From: Macrostomum lignano
Lineage: Eukaryota
Assembly (NCBI GenBank): GCA_002269645.1
Contig: NIVC01003528.1
Location: 1 to 64,000 of the forward strand
Direction of reading: 5' to 3'
DNA length: 64,000 nucleotides
Under the pieces are notes generated by a model that searched no databases, was not told where the DNA came from, and saw only the letters and a list, made by a program, of their open reading frames with translations. Made by a program: the position numbers and the translations under genes. Of the stretch, positions 46,757 to 58,400 are shown piece after piece. Position 1 is the stretch's first letter; every line of letters begins with the position of its first letter.

Positions 46757-49397
46757 CCCGACCGGAAATAATTGTTCTTTAAATGCGTCAAATAGCACAT
46801 AAAAAATGAACTGGGGGGAATCCCAAAATAACTGTCGAAACGACACGAAATTTGTGAGAATCGACAATTGGTGGCACAGCTTGGCACAAATATAACTGTG
46901 CCAAGCTGTGCCAATTGGCACATGTGACACAATTAAGAATCAAATTTTTAATTGTGCACTGCTGTGCCACAACTGTGCCACAACTGTGCCAGTTGTCTCA
47001 GCTATTTTTGAGTGCTTATAATTGTGCACAACTGTGCCATAAATGTACCATTTGGCACCATACGAGTAAATGTGCAGCTAGAAGCAGTTAAACTAGCGCG
47101 TACTGTGCCATTTGGCGTAAATTCTCCAGACGAGTGAATTTGCAGTTTAAAGCAGTTGAACTAAGCACATAATATGCTATCTGATGCTGTTATAGTTGAC
47201 CCGTTAGTCAACTACGAGTTATGAAGTGTATGAAGTAGCTAAGATTTGCGAGAGGTCCTTCTCATGTTTAAATGAGGGAAGACAAATTGAAAAGAGTTGT
47301 CAATGTAAATTAAACTTTAAAATAATGTTGAGCGCGAACATAAACAGATTAAAACAGTTGGAAAAAGGGATGTTGCATAAATACGTATATATTTAATGGG
47401 AAGTAGCAAATAGGACAAAAAATATGTATAAAACAGGAAAAAGGGGAGGCTGCGGAATTAAAAAATGCATACTAGAAGTTAACGGAAAGAAACATAACCG
47501 ACAGCGGACATTGGACAGGAAACAAAAAACAACGTAATTAAAAAGCGCGGTGCATGAAAATTGTGGTGCCAGCCAAAGAGTTTACACTTCTAATACATTT
47601 GAAACTAAAACATGCAATGTAACAAATTAACTACTGAGTCGACTACACGTGGCACAGGATTTTAATGTAACAACATGTATACATCTAATGTATTAATTTA
47701 AAAAGCACAAACAAACAACTAGATAAAAAACAAGCAATTAGTGAAACCAACTCCAATACCTCTGTTCCCCTATACTTTTCTAGTTAGACAACAAGTCTGA
47801 TTCCTGGTGCTATTGTAATTTACGAGTCTGGAACTAACTATAGTAATGTAGTTGGTTACTTTATGTGGGAAAGAGCATATTTCCAGGGGAAAACAAAACC
47901 AGAAACATGAGGGAGACAGACCAAGCTAGACGGGTCCCGCATCTGCCAAACAAGTTTAGTTTTGCTAGATGCAACAGCAGATATCCCGCGCTCAGTCCTC
48001 GCGAGTGCATTAGCCGCCTCCGACTGCACAGTGTCAGTGACATTGGCAGCCGCACCTTGACAAAGTTTCTTTACAGGCAAACGTCCGGATTGCTTTTCAC
48101 GCCGACTGACGGTGATGGAGCATCGGACGTAGGCCTTTTCAATCGCTTTCATTGGTTGGGATGTCGATTCCAGCCAGGTAGCAGGCGTGGCCGACCAGGC
48201 TCAGTAGCGCGACCGCTCAACGACGTTACCAAAATCTCGTCGTCGCTGAAGCACCCCCGCACCATCTCGCGGAGAAGTGCATTGAGGTTGGCCGGAGTCG
48301 TTGGTTCTTGATATATCCTTACTGGCCATGACCCTGGTCTGAGCGACGTTGGACGTAAAGGCGAAACCGATTGGCTGCAGAGGTGTTTTTAAGGATTGAA
48401 GAGCGTTTGAGAGTAACAATAGGATATTTGCGCGATCATAAATGAAGGACTATTAATTTCTTACCGTAGTATAATTTCTTTCCATTGTCGTCGACCAGCA
48501 TGTTGTCAACTGTGACGGCTGGGTCCACGAGCTGATCTAGATGGACGGCGAGATGCTGCGTGATCTGCTGCTTTAGTTCTTTTGTAATGGCGTCAATCAA
48601 ACGCGGTTGCGCCATTTTCGAGCGTCTGAGCAGATCATGCCGCAAGTTGGGAGTGAAAACCTGCCGGTCATCTGCCAAAATCGAAGCTACTGACGTCGCA
48701 GCCTCAGTGCAAGTTGCACCGGGTGTGCGTCAAACAGTTTTGTTAGGTAATTAGCAATAAAAAAGGTTATTTGAGCCAAGTGTGCCAAGAAGGACAAAGA
48801 TATATAACTGTGCCAAATGTCATAGCTGTGGCACAACTGGTACAATTGTAGCAAGTGTGCCAAGTGTGCCAGTCTGTTTTAATAACCAATTAGCTATAAA
48901 AAGGATATTCGTGCCAAGTGTGCCAAGAAGGACAGTCCAAGACAGTTATATAACTGTGTCAAATAGTATAGCTGTGGCACAACTGGTACACTTGTAGTGA
49001 GTGCGCCAAGTGTGCCAAATGGTTTCCAAGGGGAATTAGCTATAAAAAGGTTATTTGTGCCAGGTGTGCCAAATAGGACATACAAAGACATTTATAACTG
49101 TGCTAAATGGTATAGCTGTGGCACAACTGGCACAATTGTAGCAAGTGTGCCAAGTGTGCCAATTGGTTTCATTGGCCAATTAGCAGTAAAAATACTATTT
49201 GTGTCAAGTGTGCCAAATAGGACATACATCGACATTTACAAACTGTGCCAAATGGCATAGCTACGGCACAATTGGTACAATTGTATCAAGTGTGCCAAAT
49301 ATGACATACAAAGACATTTATAACTCTGTCAAAGGGCATATTTGTGGCACAACTGGCACACTTACTGTTTTTGAAAGGACAAATATTTTCGGTCGGG
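46757..49397 (-). mobile_element. 2.6-kb TIR DNA element with subterminal TGTGCCA/TGGCACA arrays and a BEN-like gene remnant; superfamily unresolved (CACTA/EnSpm-like layout)
   Basis: TIRs CCCGACCGGAAATAATTGTTCTTTAAA (46757-46783) and the reverse complement of 49371-49397 match at 23/27 positions; TA on both flanks. By hand count, 10 exact TGTGCCA/TGGCACA motifs in 46866-47110 and 19 in 48780-49360. Confidence 0.8.
47860..48730 (-). pseudogene. Decayed two-exon BEN-domain-like DNA-binding protein gene
   Basis: GTAAG donor at 48464 and CAG acceptor at 48375 (minus strand). Exon 2 fragments in shifting frames: ANLNALLREMVRGCFSDDEILVTSLSGRATEPGRPRL, HACYLAGIDIPTNESD, KAYVRCSITVSRREK. These resemble the BEN pattern LLR..F..EEL...SL.G.....P.LD followed by a C-terminal basic helix. 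Stop and frameshifts present. Confidence 0.55.
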
Positions 49398-49714
49398 TAA
49401 GGATAGTTATAGTTATTACGACAGGACTTGTTGGAGAAGATTTCAGAACCTAGCCGAAGTGTTCGAACTTCATCAAACGTCAAACGGATCAAACGTCATG
49501 TAACAAATATTTGTATCTTCTTATTATAAGGGCGCCGTTTCCGATCCAAGTATCCAAGTATTTCCAACACTACCAAATATACTCGGCAACAGTCAAAAGT
49601 TGCACCAGAAGAAATCACGCGTAGTTAATTGGAAAACTTTTAATTTCAAATTCACAGCAAATAAAATTTGAATAACAATACCTTTTGATTGTTGGGTGGA
49701 GCTTTTGACTATTT

Positions 49715-49935
49715 TGTATAGTTAAAATACAAATATTTATGAATATCGATAGAGCAATAAGAAAGGCACAACATATCAAAAAGATGAACACTGGATCTGC
49801 CTCCTATCAAAAGCAATAACAATTTTGTGCTGAAAAAATGAAAAACCTATCTCTGTAGTGTATTTTTCGGCGAAAAGTTGCCTTCGAAACATTTACCATT
49901 AGATTTCGAGTGCAGCGTCCTATATAGATTACTTG
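49715..49935. mobile_element. One-armed copy of the foldback MITE family
   Basis: AAGGCACAACATATCAAAAAGATGAACA...TCTGCCTCCTATCAAAAGC...GTGTATTTTTCGGCGAAAAGTTGCCTTCGAAACAT matches 2222-2352. Confidence 0.7.
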
Positions 49936-50435
49936 AGTAGTCTTTGATTGAAGAATGAAGTGAGGGGCGGTGTGCGAGGGTTGGACGGATTAAAGCTACC
50001 CCGATCAGTTCTCTCGTATCTTTTATTTCAGAATAGTCCAAGAGAAATTGCTTCACTGGCGCATAGAGTGGCGACTTTTCAATGTTGCTGAGTACATTTT
50101 GCTGTCCCTTTGTTCAGTTAGTTTGATAGGTTATTTTTTAGAGCGCAAAAAATTGGACAAACTTGAAGGCATGGAAGACGTACGAAGAAAATAACTGGAT
50201 AAAAAAACCATAAATATCTTGCTACTGATCAAAAGATCCCCGGATTTCCATTGTGCGCTCTTGGCCGAGCAATTCGTTCTCTAATGTAGAAACTGGTTCT
50301 GCCTGCGTTTCTATGATTGCATAGAAGTCTATATAACTAATCCTGAGAATCTAGATCTAAATCTCTATTTCTGATTCTAATGATAAAAGGTGCATCAGTT
50401 TGCCTGCAAAGTTAGTCTAATAGTCTTCAGTTTCT

Positions 50436-50615
50436 TCCTCAAATTTTTACCATTGTTAGACAAATTTTGTCTAATTTGGGGATGCTTACTATCTGGGGGG
50501 TGCTTGCTATCCTCAAATTTTTACCATTGTTAGACAAACTTTGTCTAATTTGGGGATGCTTACTATCTGGGGGGTGCTTGCTATCCTCAAATTTTTACCA
50601 TTGTTAGACAAATTT
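50436..50615. repeat. 74-bp tandem repeat, about 2.4 copies
   Basis: TCCTCAAATTTTTACC recurs at 50436, 50510, 50584. Confidence 0.92.
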
Positions 50616-50741
50616 TCGCTATTTTCTGTTGTATGCACGTGTCTATTAGCTACAGCTGCAGTTGTACTTGTATGAATTGCATCTATTATATAGCTAATTA
50701 ATATAATAAAATTAAAAATTAAATTTATAATAATAACCGCG

Positions 50742-50930
50742 GTGGGCATGAGCATCTGGTGGGATGAGAATCTGGTGGGATGAGCATCCGGTGGACATGA
50801 GCATCCGGTGGGATGAGCATCTGGTGGACATGAGCATCTGGTGGACATGAGCATCCGGTGGGCATGAGCATCTGGTGGGATGAACATCCGGTGGACATCA
50901 GCATCCGGTGGACATGAGCATCCGATGGGC
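50742..50930. repeat. 17-bp minisatellite
   Basis: Unit GGTGGACATGAGCATCC. Confidence 0.93.
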
Positions 50931-51385
50931 CAGCATCAAATTCACGACCTTCTTCATCAGGTATGACGTTTAGCAAACACGCTGACTTCTCACCCATAAA
51001 TAACCAGGTGGATATAAAAGTTGCTCAATGACTATGCACCACATGACGCGTGGCCCTAAAACATATATTAGCTACGCGTATACTAGAGAATAGGCGACAA
51101 GCTAGCTTATTCACAGACAGCGCTTCCAAAATGAGCCAACGTACATATGCATTCCTACGGGCTTAAGCAGCCTTTTCACGTAGATTTACTCCAGGTGCAA
51201 GAGAAAATGAAAATTATCATCACACGCAGCTTGAGGCAACTAGCAATAACTATAATTAATTGGCTGTTTAGGCTGGTCATTTTCTGACCAATCAGCGCTC
51301 AGCAAGGCAGGTTGCTCTAACTACGTAATAAATTATATAATTCAATACACGCTGCTTGTACGTGTAATTATATGCCGAGTGGCAC

Positions 51386-51393
51386 TATAAATA
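51386..51393 (+). promoter_or_regulatory. TATA box of PAN gene copy 2
   Basis: TATAAATA 65 nt upstream of the ATG; a CCAAT lies about 100 nt further upstream. Confidence 0.7.
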
Positions 51394-51450
51394 CAGAGCT
51401 GGAAATATTCAAACAGCTTGCAAGATCACCCAGTTAAAGATAGCCAAAAT

Positions 51451-52269
51451 ATGAACTCATTTTTGAGAAGCGGAGCGTCCGTGCGGTCTGCACTACTACT
51501 ATTAGTAGTTGCACTGGCAGCTCCACTGGCCGCTTCTGCCTCTTCCTGCAGGGCCGCTGATGTCGAGTTCAAAGGCGAGGAGTTGCCTTTCGGAAGACTG
51601 ATGGCTGGCAGTGCTGCGGAGTGCCAGCTCAAATGCCGGTCAATCAGCCGCTGCAAGTTCTACACTTTTACACCTGACAAAGAGCGGTCGAGTTGGAGTT
51701 TGTGCTCGATCAGGTCCGGCGACTACACGGCTACTTACAAGAAGAATTCGATCTCGGGACTACCGAATTGTCCTGGCACCTGCATTGAGGCTGGCGTGGA
51801 CTACTACGGCTCTGACCTGCCGGACGGTCTCGTGAAGGACGTGCCCAGTTCTGACGTCTGCCAGAAGCTGTGCCAGCAGCGGAGCGACTGCGAATTCTTT
51901 GCTTACGCCACACAAAGCGACTCGAACTGCCGGCGCTGCTACCGCAACTGCTGGCTGAAGTCTGGCGGCTACAGCCGCACTGAGAACAGAAACCGGATCT
52001 CTGGACCAGCCCGCTGCAAGGACTGCGTTGAGACTGGCGTGGACTACTATGGCTCTGACTTGCCCGACGGTCTCGTGAAGGACATCGCCAGCGCCAAGGA
52101 CTGCCAGTCGCTGTGCGCCAATCGCAAGGACTGCGAGTTCTTCGCCTGGGCTCCCGACAATGACAAGGGGTGCCAAACCTGCAGGGGCAACTGCTGGCTG
52201 AAGTCTGGCAACTACCGACGGGTCGTCAATTCCAACAGAGTCTCCGGGCCCGCCGTTTGCAACTTTTGA
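51451..52269 (+). CDS. Secreted triple PAN/apple-domain protein, copy 2 (272 aa, intronless)
   Basis: TATAAATA at 51386, ATG 51451. Signal peptide ALLLLVVALAAPLAASA. Mature region differs from copy 1 at only 7 nt. Confidence 0.93.
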   Translation: MNSFLRSGASVRSALLLLVVALAAPLAASASSCRAADVEFKGEELPFGRLMAGSAAECQLKCRSISRCKFYTFTPDKERSSWSLCSIRSGDYTATYKKNSISGLPNCPGTCIEAGVDYYGSDLPDGLVKDVPSSDVCQKLCQQRSDCEFFAYATQSDSNCRRCYRNCWLKSGGYSRTENRNRISGPARCKDCVETGVDYYGSDLPDGLVKDIASAKDCQSLCANRKDCEFFAWAPDNDKGCQTCRGNCWLKSGNYRRVVNSNRVSGPAVCNF

Positions 52270-52584
52270 CCTTTTGACCTTTTGATCTTTTGACCTGAGA
52301 CGCGGACATTGTCTGCGAGTTTTACCAAGCCGCTCAATAGGCCTTTACCTGTTTTAACCAAGTCAAATATTTAGTCAGCCTTTAAATACAACCGCTGTTT
52401 TAAAAAAATACTTTGATTTATCAAGTATACACTCGACTTGGCTGTGTCGAAATTTGCTACAATTTAACCGCCAAATGTCCTCAGTGTTTGTTTTCTTCTA
52501 GGCAAAATCCAGTTGTCTTGACTTCCTAGCCCTGTGTGATTGTCAACTCTTAATGAACACAAAATTGCGCAGCAATCTGTAATC

Positions 52585-53490
52585 TGCTTGCTATCTGGGG
52601 GATGCTTGCTATCTGGGGGATGCTTGCTATTTGGGGGATGCTTGCTATTTGGGGGATGCTTGCTATCTGGGGGATGCTTGCTATCTGGGGGATGCTTGCT
52701 ATCTGGGGGAATGCTTGCTATCTGGGGGACGCTTGCTATCTGGGGGATGCTTGCTATCTGGGGGAATGCTTGCTATCTGGGGGATGCTTGCTATCTGGGG
52801 GATGCTTGCTATCTGGGGGATGCTTGCTATCTGGGGATGCTTGCTATCTGGGGGAATGCTTGCTATCTGGGGGATGCTTGCTATCTGGGGGATGCTTGCT
52901 ATCTGGGGGATGCTTGCTATCTGGGGGATGCTTGCTATCTGGGGGATGCTTGCTATCTGGGGGATGCTTGCTATCTGGGGGATGCTATCTCAGAGATGCT
53001 TGCTATCTGGGGGATGCTTGCTATCTGAGGGATGCTTGCTATCTGGGGGATGCTTGCTATCTGGGGGATGCTTGCTATCTGGGGGATGCTTGCTATTTGG
53101 GGGATGCTTGCTATTTGGGGGAATGCTTGCTATCTGGGGGATGCTTGCTATCTGGGGGATGCTTGCTATCTGGGGGATGCTTGCTATCTGGGGGAATGCT
53201 TGCTATTTGGGGGATGCTTGCCATCTGGGGGATGCTTGCTATCTGGGGGATGCTTGCTATCTGGGGGATGCTTGCTATCTGGGGGAATGCTTGCTATCTG
53301 GGGGATGCTTGCTATCTGGGGGATGCTTGCTATCTGGGGGAATGCTTGCTATCTGGGGGAATGCTTGCTATCTGGGGATGCTTGCTATCTGGGGGATGCT
53401 TGCTATCTGGGGGAATGCTTGCTATCTGGGGGATGCTTGCTATCTGGGGGAATGCTTGCTATCTGGGGGAATGCTTGCTATCTGGGGATG
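52585..53490. repeat. 18-bp G-run minisatellite
   Basis: Unit GGGGGATGCTTGCTATCT. Confidence 0.98.
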
Positions 53491-54043
53491 CAGCTTGCTA
53501 ACCCCTAGGCCTTAGGCTTTAAACCTTAAACCTTTCTGCAGCCCATGATATTTATCTCTAAGCAACGGTTTTAAATTTTAGTTTGACTCTAACAACTCTC
53601 AGTGTGCGTTTCTATTTGTGCAATTCCTATTGGCTGGCTCTCACTACTCAGCTTCTACCTCAATAGGGCAAAGTGCGACTGCATTAGAGAGGGAAACCTA
53701 TAGGGGATAGAGATCAGCTCGCTGAGACTTTATAAATCCCAATACTTTCTGTCAAGTCAGCTCCTAGCTTAAACACTTAGCTTAAACTTCTTGATAAATA
53801 AATACTTACTTCCATTGAGTAGCTTATTAAAACAACTGATGCCGATAAAGTTTGGCTCGGAGAGGTCAGGTTTGGACGGCCGGTCAAAGTCTGAGCTGTC
53901 CATGGTACAGCAGCAGCAGCAGCAAAGAGCGACTCGGACAGCTGTTGGCAGCCGGGATTCTCTGCAGTTTCTTCGCCATGCTGATGAAGAATCTACGGAT
54001 TCTGGATGGAGCTTGCAGATGTGGCGCAGACGGTATTTGGTAA

Positions 54044-54295
54044 GACTGAAAGGTCGGGGGTTCGATTCTCGACTCCACTCGGACATTATTTGTGTCCTTG
54101 AGCAACAGACTTAACCCTGCATTGCTTCAGTTCACCCAGCTGTAAAATGGGTGCCAGCATTAGCTGGGTTATTGAGGGTGTGTGTGGGGACCCCCAGCCG
54201 TACGCAGCCTTCAGATGCGCCGGGCAACGGCCCGGAGTCCATGCATCAACACGAGTGGACGGCTGCACCAGAATCCTAGATTTATCTTGTAACCG
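54044..54295 (+). mobile_element. tRNA-derived CORE-type SINE, copy B (5'-truncated, different 3' tail)
   Basis: B box GGTTCGATTCT, CORE-like TGTGTCCTTGAGCAACAGACTTAACCC...CAGTTCACCCAGCTGTAAAATGGGTGCC, and CAGCCGTACGCAGCCTTCAGATGCGCC shared with copy C. Confidence 0.85.
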
Positions 54296-54809
54296 TAGCT
54301 TCTTCAGTGTTTATTGAGTATTATCAACTCAGATTTGGAATGGAAGTGATAAAAATCGGTTCCAAGGATAGAATATTCACACCGGATTCTGGTCTGAGGT
54401 CTCCATGGCTCTATTGACACCTAGTCTCTCTGAAAAGATTAAAACTAAACAATGGAATTCCGCTGGAAGAACGGATGGAGCCGGTATTTAATCAGCGATG
54501 AGAACAATAGATTGAGACTGCTTTTCATTTTTTCACGGTAGTCATAGCAACACCAGACTGTGCTTTTGTAGTCAGCACACTGCAGCTAGCTGGATTTGCT
54601 ATGAATTTCATTTTAAAGCCTTTTAAAGCTCGCTTTATTGTTCGCGTTTTTGTGCTCAACAATACTGGGTTTTTTCTAGTCGGCAGCTACAGAATACATG
54701 CAGGTTAGATGCAGATTCATTCTCTCTGCTCAGGATTCATGGCGTTCTTAGGATCATTTCAATAAAAGTACATTTCGTGCTGCAACGAATGCCGCTCCGA
54801 TTTGATGTG

Positions 54810-55350
54810 GTTTGTCCGTTTGTTTCTGAGGCATTTTTTGTCCGTTTGTGTCTGACGCATTTGTCTGTTTGAGTCTAAGGCATTTGTCTGTTTGCGTCTG
54901 AGGCATTTGTCCGTTTGTGTCTGAGGCATTTGTCCGTTTGTGTCTGAGGCATTTGTCTGTTTGTGTCTGAGGCATTTGTCTGTTTGTGTCTGAGGCATTT
55001 GTCTGTTTGTGTCTGAGGCATTTGTCCGTTTGTGTCTGACGCATTTGTCTGTTTGTGTCTGAGGCATTTGTCTGTTTGTGTCTGAGGCATTTGTCTGTTT
55101 GTGTCTGAGGCATTTGTCCGTTTGTGTCTGACGCATTTGTCTGTTTGTGTCTGAGGCATTTGTCTGTTTGTGTCTGAGGCATTTGTCTGTTTGTGTCTGA
55201 GGCATTTGTCTGTTTGTTTCTGAGGCATTCGTGTGTTTGTGTCTGAGGCATTTGTCTGTTTGTTTCTGAGGCATTCGTGTGTTTGTGTCTGACGCATTTG
55301 TCTGTTTGTGTCTGAAGGATTTGTCTGTTTGTATCTGAAGGATTCGTCTG
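54810..55350. repeat. 23-bp minisatellite
   Basis: Unit TGTCTGAGGCATTTGTCTGTTTG. Confidence 0.97.
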
Positions 55351-55459
55351 GGTGTCTGTACATATTTGCATACCCCATCCAGAGCAATCAATTATTTTCA
55401 AGCCATAGGCCTCACTATACTGTATGAATGGCTGTCAAAGCTAACTGCGTATAATAGTG

Positions 55460-58400
55460 ATGGCCGCAGTATATCCCGCCGTATGTTTGCAAAATAATAA
55501 GGAAGTAGAGGAAATCAGCTTCCTCTTTTGTTGCTTCAGCAATTGTGCGGTCTGCTAGTCTAGTTGGTGCCTCAATTTTCCCTATACAATCAGCGATTCA
55601 CAGGAGGCAGAGCGAGTCAGAATAGCCGCGAGTCCCAGTGATCAGCCCATGAGCACTTTCTCATTGCGACAGGCTGCTTGAGAACCGGGGGCATGCAGTG
55701 CAGCTGGTGGCAATCTGCAGCTCTCTCGCCTTGTTCCTTGTTTTGGGGAAGCTTAAGGCACAGCGAACTGCTTTAATTTTCTGTCACTAAAGTACATGTA
55801 TAGTGCGAGACTTACAAAACCAGTATGGCGTTACATTTCGCTTTGTATACTACTGGATCGTTTGTACAATTGCTCAAGGGTTTCATGGCTATGACTATAG
55901 TTATCTTTTTTCCTTCCAACCGTTTCCATCGAATTGCAGGCGCTGAAACGGTTTCAGGGCCTGGTCAGGTCTGTTGTGATGGCCATTCGGTGGATGAAGT
56001 CCGTGATCAATCAGTGAGCTGCTGGGATGGAGGAAATTTCAAGTTCCAGACTCCTCATCCCTCCCAGATCCTCATTTGGCGAACCAGCCTCTCAGATCCT
56101 CAGTTGCTGGGCCAGCCTCCCAGATCCTCAGTTGCTGGTCAGTCTCCCAGATCCTCAGTTGCTGGGTCAGTCTCCCAGAGTGTCAGTTGCTGGGCCAGCC
56201 TCCCAGATCATCAGTTGCTGGGCCAGCCTCCCAGAGTGTCAGTTGCTGGGCCAGCCTCCAAGATCCTCAGTTGCTGGGCCAGCCTCCCAGATCATCAGTT
56301 GCTGGGCCAGCCTCCCAGAGTGTCAGTTGCTGGGCCAGCCTCCCAGATCATCAGTTGCTGGGCCAGCCTCCCAGATCATCAGTTGCTGGGACAGCCTCCC
56401 AGATCCTCAGTTCATGGGCCAGCCTCCAAGATCCTCAAGTTGTTGGGTCAGTCTCCCAGATCCTCAGTTGCTGGGCCAGCCTCACAGAGTGTCAGTTGCT
56501 GGGCCAGCCTCCCAAATCCTCAGTTGCTGGGCCAGCCTCCCAGATCCTCAGTTCATGGACCAGCCTCCCAGATCCTCAGATGAGGCTAGGCCACTGCCCC
56601 TCTCCCAGCTGTTCAGGGAAGATTAGACCCAAAAACCCATTCAACTCGCGTTGCTATGGCTTGCAGTCCTTGCATTTCACTGCGCCGCAGATACGACCAA
56701 TCGAACAACCGGGTAGCTCGAGCTCTGATGCCAATCGAAGTGGACGCCTCGAATGCCGCCAATTTGGTCTTCAATATGTCTCACTTTCGGGCTAGCAAAG
56801 AGGTATAATTCTTTTAGATTCTCTTTTTACTACTGAGAGTAGTGCAGTTAAAGTGTTGAATTCCAATTTTGTTACAATTTCTATAGTGTTGTGGCTTTTC
56901 AAAGCTTAGTAACGAATCGATTTAAATACATGTTCGTTGGAGCCATAATTTCGGAAAATATGGAAAATGTACTTTTTTAGTCTGAAAATGACTTGACTTG
57001 GAGATGTCAGAAGCAAGTTTAAGCAGCAGTTCAATGAGTCAGTAAAGCTTGCTATTCATATAGAGACCTTCTCTCCTAGATAGAAGCAAGATGCGCAGCA
57101 GAATTTTAGCATGGCTGCAATTTGCAACTCGCAAAACGGAAGTTCACCGCACAGCGCAGCACACACAACAGCAAGAAGGGAAGATGGCGCTATTGTAAAA
57201 GCAACTTGAAGCAGGGGCAGCACAGAGGATGCGGTCCCATAGAGACGAGCGCGCGGCTGCCAACTTAAAAATCAGAATTTCTGTCTGCCACTCCGCAGAC
57301 AGAGCTCAACGCTGAGTTGAAGCAGATTCTGCAGCTACAGCCACAGCAGCGCAGCACTGAGCAGGTTCGCATCCTCACCAGGGGTCTGCAACGGCTGCCG
57401 ACATTCAACGAGTATCCAGTTCGAGTGCAGGAGAAACTGGCCAAAGTGGCCAGATACCACACTGTGCCAGCTGGGCGAGTCATCATCCGACAGGGCCACG
57501 CCGGCGTCAACTTCTACGTGATCATCAGCGGTCGTGCCCTGGTGCACGTGATGCAACAGCAGAGGGATACCATTGTGGCCAGGCTGGGCCAGGGCCAAGC
57601 CTTCGGAGAGGTGGCCCTGATGCAGGAGGTGACGAGAAACGCTAGCATAGTCAGCCAGGAGCCGATGCAACTGTTAGCTATCGGTCGAGACGAGTTTCAG
57701 GTAATTCCTTTGTTTAGCTGTCTTCCTTTGAATTTTTCGTCAGCTGAACCGTCTTTACACTTCAAGCCAATCGAAAACTTGACATGCAGGGAGCAAAAAC
57801 GACTAGAAGTAGTGCACCAAAAATAGCACACCAAAATATGCCTGTCATACTACTATATGTCAAGATCGCAAGGCTGAAATACTCGATCTTTTACTTACGA
57901 GCTATTAGCAATCCTTGCCGCTGAAGACGGACGGTCAAATAAAACAAATCCGACATATTTTTGTGTGGCAGGAAATTTTCACCAATCCCGAACCGGAGAA
58001 GAAAAACCAGAGCGCTGACGCAGGCATTCCGGACCACCTGCGCTATTTGCTTAGCTGCTCATTTATGCGCCACTTTCCGGTTGAGCCGCTGCTGTCGAGT
58101 CCAACCGCCTGCAGAGCCGGCTGCTACCGGCGCAATGCGGTTGTGGTTGCTGACAGCAAAGCTTGCCCTGACCTGGTGGTGATTCGCTCCGGATTTTGCA
58201 GGGTGATGAAGCGGCTGATGGTCAACCGGAACGACAGTCCGAGGCAGCCAGACGACGCGACTTCGATGTCGAGCGGTGCTAGCGGCAGAAGCGGCGGCAG
58301 CAGCAGTTCGAGAGCATCGAAGGCGAAGGTGCTGGCGGAGACTCGACTGCCAGTGCTGCAGCCTAGTAGTGGGCCAAGCTGTAAGTAGCGGGCTGCAGAC

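Noticed and set aside
53769-54040. ORFs upstream of SINE B as a gene or LINE 3' end
   Set aside because: No recognisable domain or splice structure; resemblance to an RTE C-terminus is too weak.
54195-54270. Hammerhead, HDV-like or twister ribozyme in the SINE tail
   Set aside because: No CUGANGA/GAAA core and no pseudoknot I could establish by eye; kept only as an unclassified structure.
52540-56795. ORFs 52540-53515, 54754-55401, 55825-56795
   Set aside because: Minisatellite read-through. Only the short exons 55940-56013 and 56691-56802 are supported, and in other frames.
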